NCBI GenBank assembly: GCA_044220955.1
Contig: JBGAQA010000141.1
Span: 1 to 13,388 of the forward strand
Direction of reading: 5' to 3'
DNA from: Sandaracinaceae bacterium
Lineage (GTDB): Bacteria > Myxococcota_A > Polyangia > Polyangiales > Sandaracinaceae
Length of the DNA stretch: 13,388 bases
The translations under genes and the position numbers were made by a program. Of the stretch, positions 1 to 10,071 are shown in pieces. The notes beneath the pieces are model-generated. The model ran no database searches and had not been told where the DNA came from. It worked only from the letters and a program-made list of their open reading frames with translations. Each line of letters starts with the position of its first letter. Positions within the stretch are counted from its first letter, which is position 1.

Positions 1-2
1 GA

Positions 3-1244
3 CGGCTCGAGGAGGCCGCGCAGGAGGCGCGCGAGCTCCGCGAGCAGCTCGAGGCGGGTCTCGAGCGTCGCGAGGCCCTCGATCGCATCGCCTCGCTCGA
101 GCACGCGCTCGAGGAGGCGCACCGCACACCGACCGGCGAGCAGATGCGCGCGCAGGACGCGGCGGCCGAGGCGCTCGCGAGCGAGCCCGACCTGGCGAGC
201 GCGGTGCGAGATCGCGACGCGGAGAGGCTGACCCGCGAGGCCGAGCGTGCGGCCGCGCGCCGCGAGCAAGCCGACCGGCAGCGAGCGCACGAGGCGCTCG
301 AGGCAGCGGCGGACGCAGCGCGCGCGCAGGGCGACGAGGCGCTCGCGAGCGAGCTCGACGAGGCCGCGTCGCTGCTCGAGCAGCGATCCGAGCAAGCCCA
401 GCTCGCGCGCGAGCTGGCCGAGTCGATGCCCGAGCTCGCTGGCGGGCTCGCCCAGGGGCTCGAGCAGCTCGAGCGCGACGGAGACGGCAGCGCGCTCACG
501 CGCGAGCTCGCGGACGCGATGCGCGACGCGTGGAGCCGCCTGACGCCCGAGGAGCGGCAGCGTCTCGCCGACGCGCTGCGCGACGCGCCGGTCTCCCAGG
601 GCGACGGATCCCCGACCGGAGACGACCTTGGCGACGACGGGACACCGATGACGGCCGACGAGATGGAGGCCGCGCTGCGCGAGGCGCTCGAGCACCTCGA
701 CGAGCTGCAGCTCCAGATGGGACAGGGCCAGGGGCTGCCGATGCCCGGGCAAGGTCAGGGGCAAGGTCAGGGGCAAGGTCAGGGGCAAGGTCAGGGGCAA
801 GGTCAGGGTCAGGGGCAAGGTCAGGGGCAGGGTCAGGGGCAAGGTCAGGGGCAGGGGCAAGGTCAGGGGCAGGGAGACGGCGACGGCCAGGGGCAAGGGC
901 AGGGGCAAGGTCAGGGGCAAGGTCAGGGGCAGGGTCAGGGGCAGGGAGACGGCGACGGCCAGGGCGGGCCGGGGCCTGGCGGCGGGCATTCGGATCCGAC
1001 CGGGCAGTCGCGCGATCTCGACGGCACCGAGGGCCCGCTCGCGCGCGTCCGCCCGCGTCGCCTGCCAGGCGCGCCCTCGCGCAGCAGCGTCGAGTGGGTG
1101 GACCCGGACGGCAGCGACACCTCGCATGTGACCGGCGCCGCGACCGGCGACGGCACCGCGCCGAGCGACCATGGCGCCGTGGACCACAGCCCCATCCCCG
1201 ACGACTATCGCGAGCACGTACGGAGCTACTTCGACGGCCAGTGA
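3..1244 (+). CDS. 5'-truncated acidic coiled-coil protein with long GQ repeat (DUF4175-like architecture; MoxR/VWA operon-associated)
   Basis: The frame is open from base 3 (RLEEAAQEARELREQLEAGLERREALDRIASLEHALEE...) through the ATG at 144 to TGA 1242-1244, so the true start lies upstream of the window. An E/A/R/L-rich helical region is followed by (GQ)21-GDGD-(GQ)10-GDGD-GQ and the C-terminus IPDDYREHVRSYFDGQ. Third codon positions are strongly G/C. The family label comes from recalled architecture only. Confidence 0.8.
   Translation, partial: RLEEAAQEARELREQLEAGLERREALDRIASLEHALEEAHRTPTGEQMRAQDAAAEALASEPDLASAVRDRDAERLTREAERAAARREQADRQRAHEALEAAADAARAQGDEALASELDEAASLLEQRSEQAQLARELAESMPELAGGLAQGLEQLERDGDGSALTRELADAMRDAWSRLTPEERQRLADALRDAPVSQGDGSPTGDDLGDDGTPMTADEMEAALREALEHLDELQLQMGQGQGLPMPGQGQGQGQGQGQGQGQGQGQGQGQGQGQGQGQGQGQGQGQGQGDGDGQGQGQGQGQGQGQGQGQGQGDGDGQGGPGPGGGHSDPTGQSRDLDGTEGPLARVRPRRLPGAPSRSSVEWVDPDGSDTSHVTGAATGDGTAPSDHGAVDHSPIPDDYREHVRSYFDGQ
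747..962 (+). repeat. Coding tandem repeat, 12-bp unit GGGCAAGGTCAG (6-bp GGNCAR subunit), encoding Gly-Gln
   Basis: Five perfect 12-mers at 747-806, then variants GGTCAG/GGGCAG/GGGCAA. A 32-bp block GGTCAGGGGCAGGGAGACGGCGACGGCCAGGG occurs at both 861-892 and 933-964. Confidence 0.97.
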
Positions 1245-1265
1245 GCGCCGCGGAAAGAACCACGA

Positions 1266-2272
<1,007 letters not shown>

Positions 2273-2273
<1 letters not shown>

Positions 2274-4375
2274 TGCGCGAGCCGCGCCCCGCGTCCCGCC
2301 GCGCCAGCGCGCTCGCGCTCCCGCTCACGCTCGCGCTCTCGCTCGCGTCCGCCGCGCACGCCCAGCCCCCACCTCGCCGCCCCGTCACGATCACCGCCGA
2401 GGGTGTCTTCGGCAACGAGGCTCTCATCGGCGACGGCTACGACGCCATCGAGGTCACGGTCACCAACAACACGACGGCGACGATGCGCGGCCGGGTCGAG
2501 GTGTCGGTCCGGCAGTGGCAGCAGTCCGAGCAGCTCGTCGAGGTCCCGCTCGACGTCCCCGGCGGCGAGTCGCGTCGCGCCGTGGCGACGGCGTTCGTGA
2601 CGGACTCGGCGAGCATCGAGGCGCGCTACGTCCTCGAGGGGGGCGCGACGGTCGGCGCCGCCACGACGACGCTCTCGGCGAGCTATGGGCAGAGCGCGCG
2701 GGCGCTCGTCGTGCTCGCGGATCCGCCCCGGCTGCGCGGAGCGCTGCTCGATCTCACCACCAACGTACGCGCGCCCGCCTACGGCTACGGCGGCGGCACG
2801 ACCGCCTCGGGCGTTCCGCTGGGCCTCGTCTCGTTCGACGGACGCACGGGCGACCCCGTTCTGCCCACGAGCGCGCTCGGATGGTCGGGCGTGGCGGTCC
2901 TCGCCGCGAGCGCGCCCGCGCTGACGCGCCTCGGCGACGATCAGCTCGACGCGCTCTCCGGATGGCTCCACGCGGGCGGACGCATCGTGGTGTTTCCGCG
3001 CACCGACGCCGACCTGACCATCCCCTTGATCCACGAGCACTTGTCCGGCGTGCGCCGAGGCGAGACGCTCGAGCGCGTCGACGGCCAGGCGCCGATCGCG
3101 GCGCTCGAGTGCGGCGAGGCGCACCGCGAGCGCTTCGGATGCTCCACGCGCGTCGGCTTCGGCGCGCTCTACCTCGCCGACTTCGACGGCGCGGCGCCCC
3201 CCTACGTGGAGCTCCCCACCGCGCGCGCCATCGTGCAGGCCGTCGTCGATCAGGCCAACGGCGCGCTCGACCCCGTCGCGAGCACCCTCACGTATGGACG
3301 CCACACCGACGAGACGGCGGACGCATACGGCTACTACGGCAGCGCGCAGCGGCTGAGCTTCGGCCGACTCCGCGCCGCGCTCGACCCCAACGAGGGCTAC
3401 CGGCCGGCGCTCGCGCTCGTGGGCGTCGTGCTCTTCTTGTACGTCTTGCTCGTCGGCCCGCTCAACTTCTGGTGGGTGGGCCGCCGCAAGACGCCCACCC
3501 TCGCGCTCGCCACGACCCCGCTGGCCGCCCTCGCCTGCGCCGCGGTGATGTTCTTCGTCGGCTACCTCGGAAAGGGCGTGCTGATGCGCTACCGCCGCCT
3601 CGAGGTCGTCGAGGCCGTCGAGGGGGACTCGGTCGGCCTCGCGCGTCGCTACAGCGGCTTCTACTTCACGCGCCCGGCCGCGATGGACACGACCGGCCCC
3701 GAGAACGGCGGGATCTTCCGCCTGATGGGCGGCTCGGGAGGCGTGATCCATCAGGGCGACACGAGCCAGACGCTTCGCGGCGCGAGCGGGAGCCTCTGGG
3801 AGACCGTGTTCACGCGCGAGGAGCACGAGATCGATCTGGGCGAGGGGATCTCGTTCACGCTCGACGAGCGCCGCCTCGCGGCCGTGCACAACGGGACGAG
3901 CGCGCCGCTCCACGGCACCTTCATCGTGGACGCCGCCGGGACCGTCTACGTGATCGGCGACGTCGCCCCGGGCGCGACGGTCGACATCCCACGCGACGGG
4001 TCGCTCTTCCTGCCCACGCAGGGCTTCTACGACGTGACGTCTCCCGAGGTCGCCACCCTGCGCGACGCGCTCGGGCTCGCGCCCACCGAGGGCACCTACG
4101 CGCTCGGGGTCGCGCGCCTGCTCGGCTCGTTCCCGTCGGGGCTCGTGCCGGTGCTCTACGCGCAGACCGATCCGGACCCTGCGCCGAGCGCGTCGCCCGC
4201 GTTCGCCCTGGAGCGGGACATCCGGATCGTCCGCGTCGTGCCGAACATGCCCGTCCCCGAGATCTACCTCGCGACGGGGACGATCGACGCGATCGCGCCG
4301 CCACCTCCGGCAGGCGCCGGCGCGGCCGACCCCATGGGCCACGCGCTCGAGCACCTCTTCGGGGGCGGCCAGTGA
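2273..4375 (+). CDS. Exported/membrane protein of unknown function (signal peptide, GATase-like middle region, internal TM hairpin), 700 aa
   Basis: ATG 2273 overlaps the moxR stop (TGATG). It begins MREPRPASRRASALALPLTLALSLASAAHA|QP, a signal peptide with an AxA site. It continues with 'IEVTVTNN', 'QLDALSGWLHAGGRIVV', and two hydrophobic segments (ALALVGVVLFLYVLLVGPLNFWWV; LALATTPLAALACAAVMFFVGYL) separated by GRRK. The track's extension back to 530 is an off-frame shadow of upstream genes. Confidence 0.85.
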
Positions 4376-5301
4376 TCCGCGTCCAGCACGTCTCCCACTG
4401 GTTCGGCGCCATGCAGGTGCTGCGCGACGTCACCATGCACGTACCGCAAGGGGAGATCTTCGGGTTCATCGGACCGAACGGTGCGGGCAAGACGACGACG
4501 ATCCGCATGATGGCGACGCTCCTCGAGCCCGACGACGGTCGCGTGCTGGTCGACGGCATCGACGTCGTCGACGCGCCGAGCGAGGTCCGCAAGGTGCTCG
4601 GCTTCATGCCGGACTCGTTCGGCGTCTACGAGCGCATCACCGTGCAGGAGTACCTCGAGTTCTTCGCCGCCGCGCACGGCATCGGCCTGGGCCAGCGGCA
4701 GAAGACGATCGCCGCGGTCATGGAGCTCACCGAGCTCGGCCCGCTGAGCGACCGCCTCGTGGCCGCGATGAGCAAGGGCATGAAGCAGCGCCTCGCCATC
4801 GCTCGGACGCTCCTGCACGACCCGAAGGTGCTCATCCTCGACGAGCCGGCCAACGGCCTCGATCCGCGCGCCCGGATCGAGATGCGCACGCTGATCGAGG
4901 AGCTGCAGCGCCTCGGCAAGACGATCCTTCTCTCGAGCCACATCCTCACGGAGCTCTCGGACATGTGCACGTCGGTGGCGATCCTCGAGCGTGGCCGGAT
5001 CGTCGCGGCGGGGAGCGTCGACGCGATCGGACGCGGGCTGACGCCCGATCGGGGCGTGAAGGTGCGCCTGCTCGCGCCCCCCGAGGACGCCGAGGCGCGG
5101 CTCGGACGAGCGCCCGGCGTGCTGGGTGTCGAGCGCGACCCCGACGGCTCGTACCGCGTGAAGTACTCCGGCGGCGACGAGGCGCTGGCGGAGGTCGTGG
5201 CCTTCGCCATCAGGGACGGCCTGCGCATCGTGCGCCTCGAGCCCGACCAGAACGACCTCGAGCGGATCTTCCTCGAGGTCACCAAGGGAGAGCTGCAGTG
5301 A
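4372..5301 (+). CDS. ABC transporter ATP-binding protein (ABC-2/CcmA-DrrA-like), 309 aa
   Basis: GTG 4372 overlaps the upstream TGA (GTGA). MIRVQHVSHWFG; Walker A GPNGAGKTT; signature MSKGMKQR; Walker B/D-loop ILDEPANGLDP; H-loop LLSSH; C-terminal LERIFLEVT. Confidence 0.96.
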   Translation: MIRVQHVSHWFGAMQVLRDVTMHVPQGEIFGFIGPNGAGKTTTIRMMATLLEPDDGRVLVDGIDVVDAPSEVRKVLGFMPDSFGVYERITVQEYLEFFAAAHGIGLGQRQKTIAAVMELTELGPLSDRLVAAMSKGMKQRLAIARTLLHDPKVLILDEPANGLDPRARIEMRTLIEELQRLGKTILLSSHILTELSDMCTSVAILERGRIVAAGSVDAIGRGLTPDRGVKVRLLAPPEDAEARLGRAPGVLGVERDPDGSYRVKYSGGDEALAEVVAFAIRDGLRIVRLEPDQNDLERIFLEVTKGELQ

Positions 5302-7214
5302 GCACCGCGGCCACCCCCGAGCCCACGCCGACCCTCGAGCGCACGAGCGGCGCCTTCGGGTCGTCTCCCGGCAGCGCGCCGAAGAAGCCGTCACGGCTCA
5401 AGGCGATGCTGAGCAAGCCGTTCCAGGATCCCGACCCCATCCTGCTCAAGGAGCTGCGCGCCACCTTCCGCACGCCGGGCTTCATCCGCTTCCTCTACCT
5501 GTCGACCGCGCTCGTCGGCCTCAGCGTCGTCGGCGGCGGCGCGACCATGGCCTCGGGCAACACCGCCCCGGCCGAGGCGGGCCGCAACGTCTTCCAGATC
5601 TTCTTCTCTCTGCTGCTCGCGGTGATCTGCCTGGTGGCGCCCGGCTTCGCCGCGACCGCGATCACGTCGGAGCGCGAGGCGAGCACCTACGAGTCGCTGC
5701 TGCTCTCGGGGATGACGGGCACGCGGATCGTGCTCGGCAAGCTGGCCGCGTACTTCGCCTCGGTCGGGCTCGTGGTCGTCGCGATCGCCCCGGTCGTCGG
5801 CGTGGCGTTCCTCTTCGGCGGCATCTCCCCGCTCGCGGTGATGGTCGGCTTCGCATGGATCCTGATGGTCCTCGGCGTCGCCACGGCCTTCGGCATCGCC
5901 GTCTCGGCGCACGTCCAGACCACCCGGGTGGCGATCGTGATCACCACGATCATCGCCGTCCCCGTGGCGATGACCATGACGAGCTTCATGGTCGGCTTCG
6001 GCGAGGCCGCGACCAGCGTCTGGGGCATCAGCATCGACGGCCCCTTCTGGTTCGCGGACGCCTTCGCGCAGCGCATCGATCACCTCGACACGTGGGCCCT
6101 GCTCGGCTTCGCGCCCCTCTACGTCTTCGGGATGCCGACCTGGTTCTTCGTCGCGTCGGCGGTCGCTGGCGTGGTGCCCCCGAGCGACGACCGGTCCACG
6201 GCGCTCAAGGTCTGGGCGGCCTTCGCGGTCCTGCTCGGCGCGATCACCCTGGCCCTGCCGAGCTACTTCCTGGGCGGGCCCTCCGACAGCGGGGAGGCCG
6301 CGGTCGCGGGCGCGATGACCGGCGCCACGCTGCTCTATTTCGTGGGGCTGGTGCTCTGCAACGAGCCGCCGCTCCCACCCGCCAGCCGAGGCAAGCAGTC
6401 CGTGCTCGGGCGCGTGCTCGCGGTGGTCGGGCCAGGCGCGGCGGGGACGCTTCGCTTCACGATCGCGCTGATCGTGCTGGGCGCGTTCACGTTCGCGGGC
6501 GTCGCCTGCCTCGCGTACCACCTCGGACATCCCTCGCTCTACTGGGGTACCCAGTACGACGAGGCGCTCATCGCGATGGCCGTCGGTCAGGCGTGCGTCG
6601 CATCGTGCTTCGCCTCCCTCGCGACGGCGATGCGCCTCGTGCTGCGCAGCGGCGCATCGGCCCGCGTGCTCACGATCGCCGTGTTCGTGTCGATCATGCT
6701 CATCGCGATGACCCTGATGGCGGTGCTCGACATCGACGCGCTCGATCGCCTCGATACCCGGGTCCACCCGCTCGCGGCGCTCATGCCCTTCGGGCCCGCG
6801 ATGTGCGCGATCGTGATCGCGGACGTGCACGACGTGTCGGACCCGCGGCTGCTCGAGCACTGGTCGTTCATCGCGGTGGCCGCCGTCGGGTACGGGATGC
6901 TGACGCTCGCGCTCTGGATGTTCGTGGAGCTGCGCTGCGCGCGGGCGCGGCGGATGGTCGCGGCGCGCAAGACCGCGCTCGAGGAGCGGCTCGCGGTGAC
7001 GACGAGACCAGCGACCGTGCCGCAGGCGGCGAGCGAGAGCACGAGCGAGAGCAGGAGCAAGGACGAGAGCGAGCCGCGGGCTGAGCCCGCGACAGGAGAC
7101 ATCGGCGGCGCTTCGGGCCGCGCAGATCGTGTCGAGCCTCCGAGTGGCGCAGAGCGGCTTGCGGATCCTCGGAGCGAGGACGAGAGCGAGAGCAAGGACG
7201 AGATCCCGTCGTGA
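5298..7214 (+). CDS. ABC-2-type transporter permease with extended multi-TM region, 638 aa
   Basis: GTG 5298 overlaps the ATPase TGA (GTGA), with SD-like AAGGGAG at 5284-5290. Motifs DPILLKELR, AITSEREASTYESLLLSG and IVLGKL are typical of ABC-2 permeases. There are many hydrophobic helices and a charged, low-complexity C-terminal tail. Confidence 0.9.
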   Translation: MSTAATPEPTPTLERTSGAFGSSPGSAPKKPSRLKAMLSKPFQDPDPILLKELRATFRTPGFIRFLYLSTALVGLSVVGGGATMASGNTAPAEAGRNVFQIFFSLLLAVICLVAPGFAATAITSEREASTYESLLLSGMTGTRIVLGKLAAYFASVGLVVVAIAPVVGVAFLFGGISPLAVMVGFAWILMVLGVATAFGIAVSAHVQTTRVAIVITTIIAVPVAMTMTSFMVGFGEAATSVWGISIDGPFWFADAFAQRIDHLDTWALLGFAPLYVFGMPTWFFVASAVAGVVPPSDDRSTALKVWAAFAVLLGAITLALPSYFLGGPSDSGEAAVAGAMTGATLLYFVGLVLCNEPPLPPASRGKQSVLGRVLAVVGPGAAGTLRFTIALIVLGAFTFAGVACLAYHLGHPSLYWGTQYDEALIAMAVGQACVASCFASLATAMRLVLRSGASARVLTIAVFVSIMLIAMTLMAVLDIDALDRLDTRVHPLAALMPFGPAMCAIVIADVHDVSDPRLLEHWSFIAVAAVGYGMLTLALWMFVELRCARARRMVAARKTALEERLAVTTRPATVPQAASESTSESRSKDESEPRAEPATGDIGGASGRADRVEPPSGAERLADPRSEDESESKDEIPS

Positions 7215-8098
7215 GCACGCTGCTCACGACGGACTTCCTGCGTCGCCTCGGCCGGCTCCGCCTGGCCGTGCGCCGCAAGTTCGCGGGCAGCTCCGCGGGA
7301 TCGCGCCGCTCGCTCAAGCGGGGATCGTCGGCGGAGTTCGCCGAGCACCGACCCTACTACCCGGGCGACGACGTGCGCCGGATCGACTGGAACGCGTATG
7401 CGCGGCTCGAGGAGCTCGTGCTGCGGCTCTTCGTCGCCGAGGACGATCTCACGCTCTACCTGCTCGTCGATCGTAGCGCCTCGCTCGGCCTCGGGGCGCC
7501 GGACACGAAGCTAGACGTCGCCAAGCGCGTGGCCGCCGGGCTCGGCTACGTCGCGCTCTCGGGCAGCGAGCGTGTCACCGTCCTGCCCTTCGCGGAGCGC
7601 CTCGGATGGCCGCTCTCGCCCGTGCGCGGGCGCCGCCGGATCGGCGCCCTGCTCAAGTACCTCGACGGCGTGGAGCTGGGCGCCGAGACGGATCTCTCCC
7701 GCGCCGTGGACGAATTCCTCGCGCGCTCACCCAGGCCGGGCCTGGTCGCGATCGTGTCCGACTTCCTCGACCCCGGTGGCTTCAAGCGTCCCCTCGACCG
7801 CCTCCTCGCCGCGCGGCACGAGCCGGTGATCTTCCAGATCCTCGATCGCGAGGAGCTCGAGCCCACGCCGGGCGGCGACCTCGTGCTCGTGGACGCCGAG
7901 ACGGGCGTCAAGGTGGAGGTCTCCCTCGACGAGCGCGCGGTCCGCGCGTACCGCAAGCGCCTCGAGACCTTCGTCGAGCAGCTGGCCGCGTACGCCAAGC
8001 AGCGCGGCCTCTTCTACCAGCGCGTCGGCGCGAACGTCACGGGCGAGCAGGTGCTCCCCTGGTCGGACGCGCTGGTCGCGTACCTGCGCGCGGGCTAG
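7211..8098 (+). CDS. DUF58 domain protein (VWA-like, MoxR-associated)
   Basis: GTG 7211 overlaps the permease TGA. Signature GSSAEFAEHRPYYPGDDVRRIDWNAYAR, LLVDRSAS, ETDL, IVSDFLD, LVDAETG; 295 aa with no TM segment. Confidence 0.95.
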   Translation: MSTLLTTDFLRRLGRLRLAVRRKFAGSSAGSRRSLKRGSSAEFAEHRPYYPGDDVRRIDWNAYARLEELVLRLFVAEDDLTLYLLVDRSASLGLGAPDTKLDVAKRVAAGLGYVALSGSERVTVLPFAERLGWPLSPVRGRRRIGALLKYLDGVELGAETDLSRAVDEFLARSPRPGLVAIVSDFLDPGGFKRPLDRLLAARHEPVIFQILDREELEPTPGGDLVLVDAETGVKVEVSLDERAVRAYRKRLETFVEQLAAYAKQRGLFYQRVGANVTGEQVLPWSDALVAYLRAG

Positions 8099-8101
8099 CG
8101 C

Positions 8102-10024
8102 ATGCCGACGTCGCTGCTCAGCGCACCGTCGCTCGCGTGGCTCGGCCTGCTCGCGCCCCTCGTGCTGCTCTACGTGCTGAAGCGGCGACGCGAGGAGCGG
8201 CGCGTCGGCTCGACGCTCCTCTGGGAGCTGGCGCTGAGGGACATGCGCGCGGAGCGCCCCTGGCAGAAGCTCGTCCCGCAGGTCTCGCTCTTCCTGCAGG
8301 CCCTCGTCTTGATCCTGGGCGCCCTGGCCCTCTCGCGTCCGGCGGGCGTCGGACAGGTGCCCTCGGGCGCGCGCATCGCGGTCGTGGTCGACACGAGCGC
8401 TTCGATGGCCGCCCGCGAGGAGGGCGGCTCGCGCCTCGAGCTCGCCCGCCGCGCCGCGCGGGGCCTCGCGCGGACGCTCCCGCCGGGCGGCGAGATGATG
8501 CTGGTCGCAGGGTCGGCCGACCCGGTCGTCCTGGTCCCCTCGAGCCACGATCTCGCCGCCCTCGAGCGCGCCATCGAGGGGCTGCGCGAGACCGGTGGCG
8601 CCGCGGCGCTCGATCGCGCCGTCGGCCTGGCGGCCGAGCGCCTCCGCGATGCGCCGGTCGGCTCGCGGATCGTCGTGCTGACCGACGGGGCGCTCGACGG
8701 CACGGTGCACCTCGAGAGCCCCGTCCCGGTCGAGGTGCAGACCGTGGGCACGGCGCATCCCAACGACGCCATCGTCGCGGTCGACGTGCGCCCGCGCCCC
8801 ACCGAGGACGCGCCCGACCGCGCGGAGATCTTCGCGCGCGTGGCCCGCTTCGCCGACGACGATCACGACCTCTGGGTCACCGCGAGCATCGCGGGCAGGG
8901 GCGTCGTGGCGAGCCGCAGGGTGCGCGTCGAGCACGAGCACCCGACGTCGGTCGTGCTGAGCGCCGACCTGCCCCCCTCCGCCGACGCGACCGCGCCCGT
9001 CGTGGTCGTGGAGCTCTCTGGCGCCGATCCCGGCGGCGGCGCGGCCGGCGGGACCGGCGATGCGCTCGCCCTCGACGACCGGGTGGTCGCCGCGAGCCCT
9101 GGCGCGAGGCAGCTCCCCGTCTTCCTCGTCGGCGCCGCCCCGAGCTCCGTCCGCCGGGTCCTGCTCGCCGACGCGAACGTGCAGCTCTTCGCGACGAGCC
9201 TCGCCGGTCTGGCCGAGCGGCGGGCGCGGGATCCCGACGCCCCCGACCTCGACGGTGTGTTCGTCTTCGTCGGGGCCACGCCCGACGAGGCGCCGGCCGG
9301 CGACGCGATCGTGATCGCCCCGACCGGCGACACGGTCTTCGAGACCGCGCTCGGGGCCGAGTCGCACGACACGCGCGTCGTGAGCTGGGACGAGGGCGAC
9401 CCGGTCTTGCGCTTCGTGCGCTTCCGCGACCTGCACGCGCCGTCCTTTCGCCCCATCACGGGCGCCAGCGCGCGCGGGCTCTTGACCCTGGCGGGGGGCA
9501 CGGCCATCGCGTCGCTCTCGCGCCCGGACGCCGAGGTGACGCTCGTGTCGTTCGATCCGGATCGCACCGACTGGCCCGACCAGCCGAGCTTCGTGATCTT
9601 CGTGCGGAACGTGCTCGAGCGCGCTCGCCAGCGCCGCGCCGAAGGCGGGATCCACGCGGGCAGCCTGGGCGAGCCCCTCCGCGTCCCGGCGCCCGACGGA
9701 ACGACCGTCGTGATCCACGCACCCGACGGAACCTCCGAGACGGCGCTCTCCCGCGGCGGCGTGGCGATCGCGCCCACGCGCGCGGTGCCCGGGGTGTACA
9801 CCGCCGAGGTCGGCCGCCGCCGGCTGCACGCGCTGCGCAACCTCCTCGACGCGAGCGAGAGCGACGTGCGCCCGCGCGCGCGCTTCGAGACGGGCTCGTC
9901 CGGCGGTACGGTCACGACGAGCGAGGCTCGCGAGCCCCGCGAGGCGTGGCCCTGGCTCGCGGGCGCGCTGCTGGTCGTGCTGGCGCTCGAGGCGCTCTGG
10001 GCGACGCGCAGGAGCGCGACGTGA
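8102..10024 (+). CDS. BatA N-terminal and VWA domain membrane protein, 640 aa
   Basis: BatA-like N-terminus LLAPLVLLYVLKRRREERRVGSTLLW...LQALVLILGALALSRP. VWA motifs VVVDTSASM and IVVLTDG. Later TDWPDQPSFVIFVRNVL and ESD, then C-terminal TM AWPWLAGALLVVLALEALW. The ATG is separated from the DUF58 TAG by 3 bp. Confidence 0.92.
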   Translation: MPTSLLSAPSLAWLGLLAPLVLLYVLKRRREERRVGSTLLWELALRDMRAERPWQKLVPQVSLFLQALVLILGALALSRPAGVGQVPSGARIAVVVDTSASMAAREEGGSRLELARRAARGLARTLPPGGEMMLVAGSADPVVLVPSSHDLAALERAIEGLRETGGAAALDRAVGLAAERLRDAPVGSRIVVLTDGALDGTVHLESPVPVEVQTVGTAHPNDAIVAVDVRPRPTEDAPDRAEIFARVARFADDDHDLWVTASIAGRGVVASRRVRVEHEHPTSVVLSADLPPSADATAPVVVVELSGADPGGGAAGGTGDALALDDRVVAASPGARQLPVFLVGAAPSSVRRVLLADANVQLFATSLAGLAERRARDPDAPDLDGVFVFVGATPDEAPAGDAIVIAPTGDTVFETALGAESHDTRVVSWDEGDPVLRFVRFRDLHAPSFRPITGASARGLLTLAGGTAIASLSRPDAEVTLVSFDPDRTDWPDQPSFVIFVRNVLERARQRRAEGGIHAGSLGEPLRVPAPDGTTVVIHAPDGTSETALSRGGVAIAPTRAVPGVYTAEVGRRRLHALRNLLDASESDVRPRARFETGSSGGTVTTSEAREPREAWPWLAGALLVVLALEALWATRRSAT

Positions 10025-10071
10025 GCGCGCGGCGGCGACGTCGAGGCGGTCCCTCGGGAGCCCCGGCGTGA
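10021..10071 (+). CDS. Candidate 16-aa bridging mini-ORF (MSARRRRRGGPSGAPA)
   Basis: GTG 10021 overlaps the upstream TGA (10022-10024) and is preceded by AGGAG at 10010-10014. Its TGA (10069-10071) overlaps the downstream GTG (10068). Translation is unproven. Confidence 0.35.
   Translation: MSARRRRRGGPSGAPA

Noticed and set aside
747..964. Repeat array considered as a CRISPR array
   Set aside because: The units are contiguous 6/12-bp repeats with no unique spacers, lie in frame within a CDS, and no cas genes are present.
2515..4371. N-terminal extension of the 928-aa ORF containing the ABC ATPase
   Set aside because: Arg-rich shadow frame over gene 3. The ABC domain starts at GTG 4372 with a GTGA overlap.
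4965..5297. N-terminal extension of the 749-aa permease ORF
   Set aside because: It overlaps the ABC ATPase out of frame. GTG 5298 has an SD and a stop-start overlap. A later start such as ATG 5406 cannot be excluded.
7606..10020. 821-aa + strand ORF 7606..10071
   Set aside because: Arg-rich off-frame shadow of the DUF58 and BatA/VWA genes. Only its last 17 codons (10021-10071) are retained as a candidate mini-ORF.
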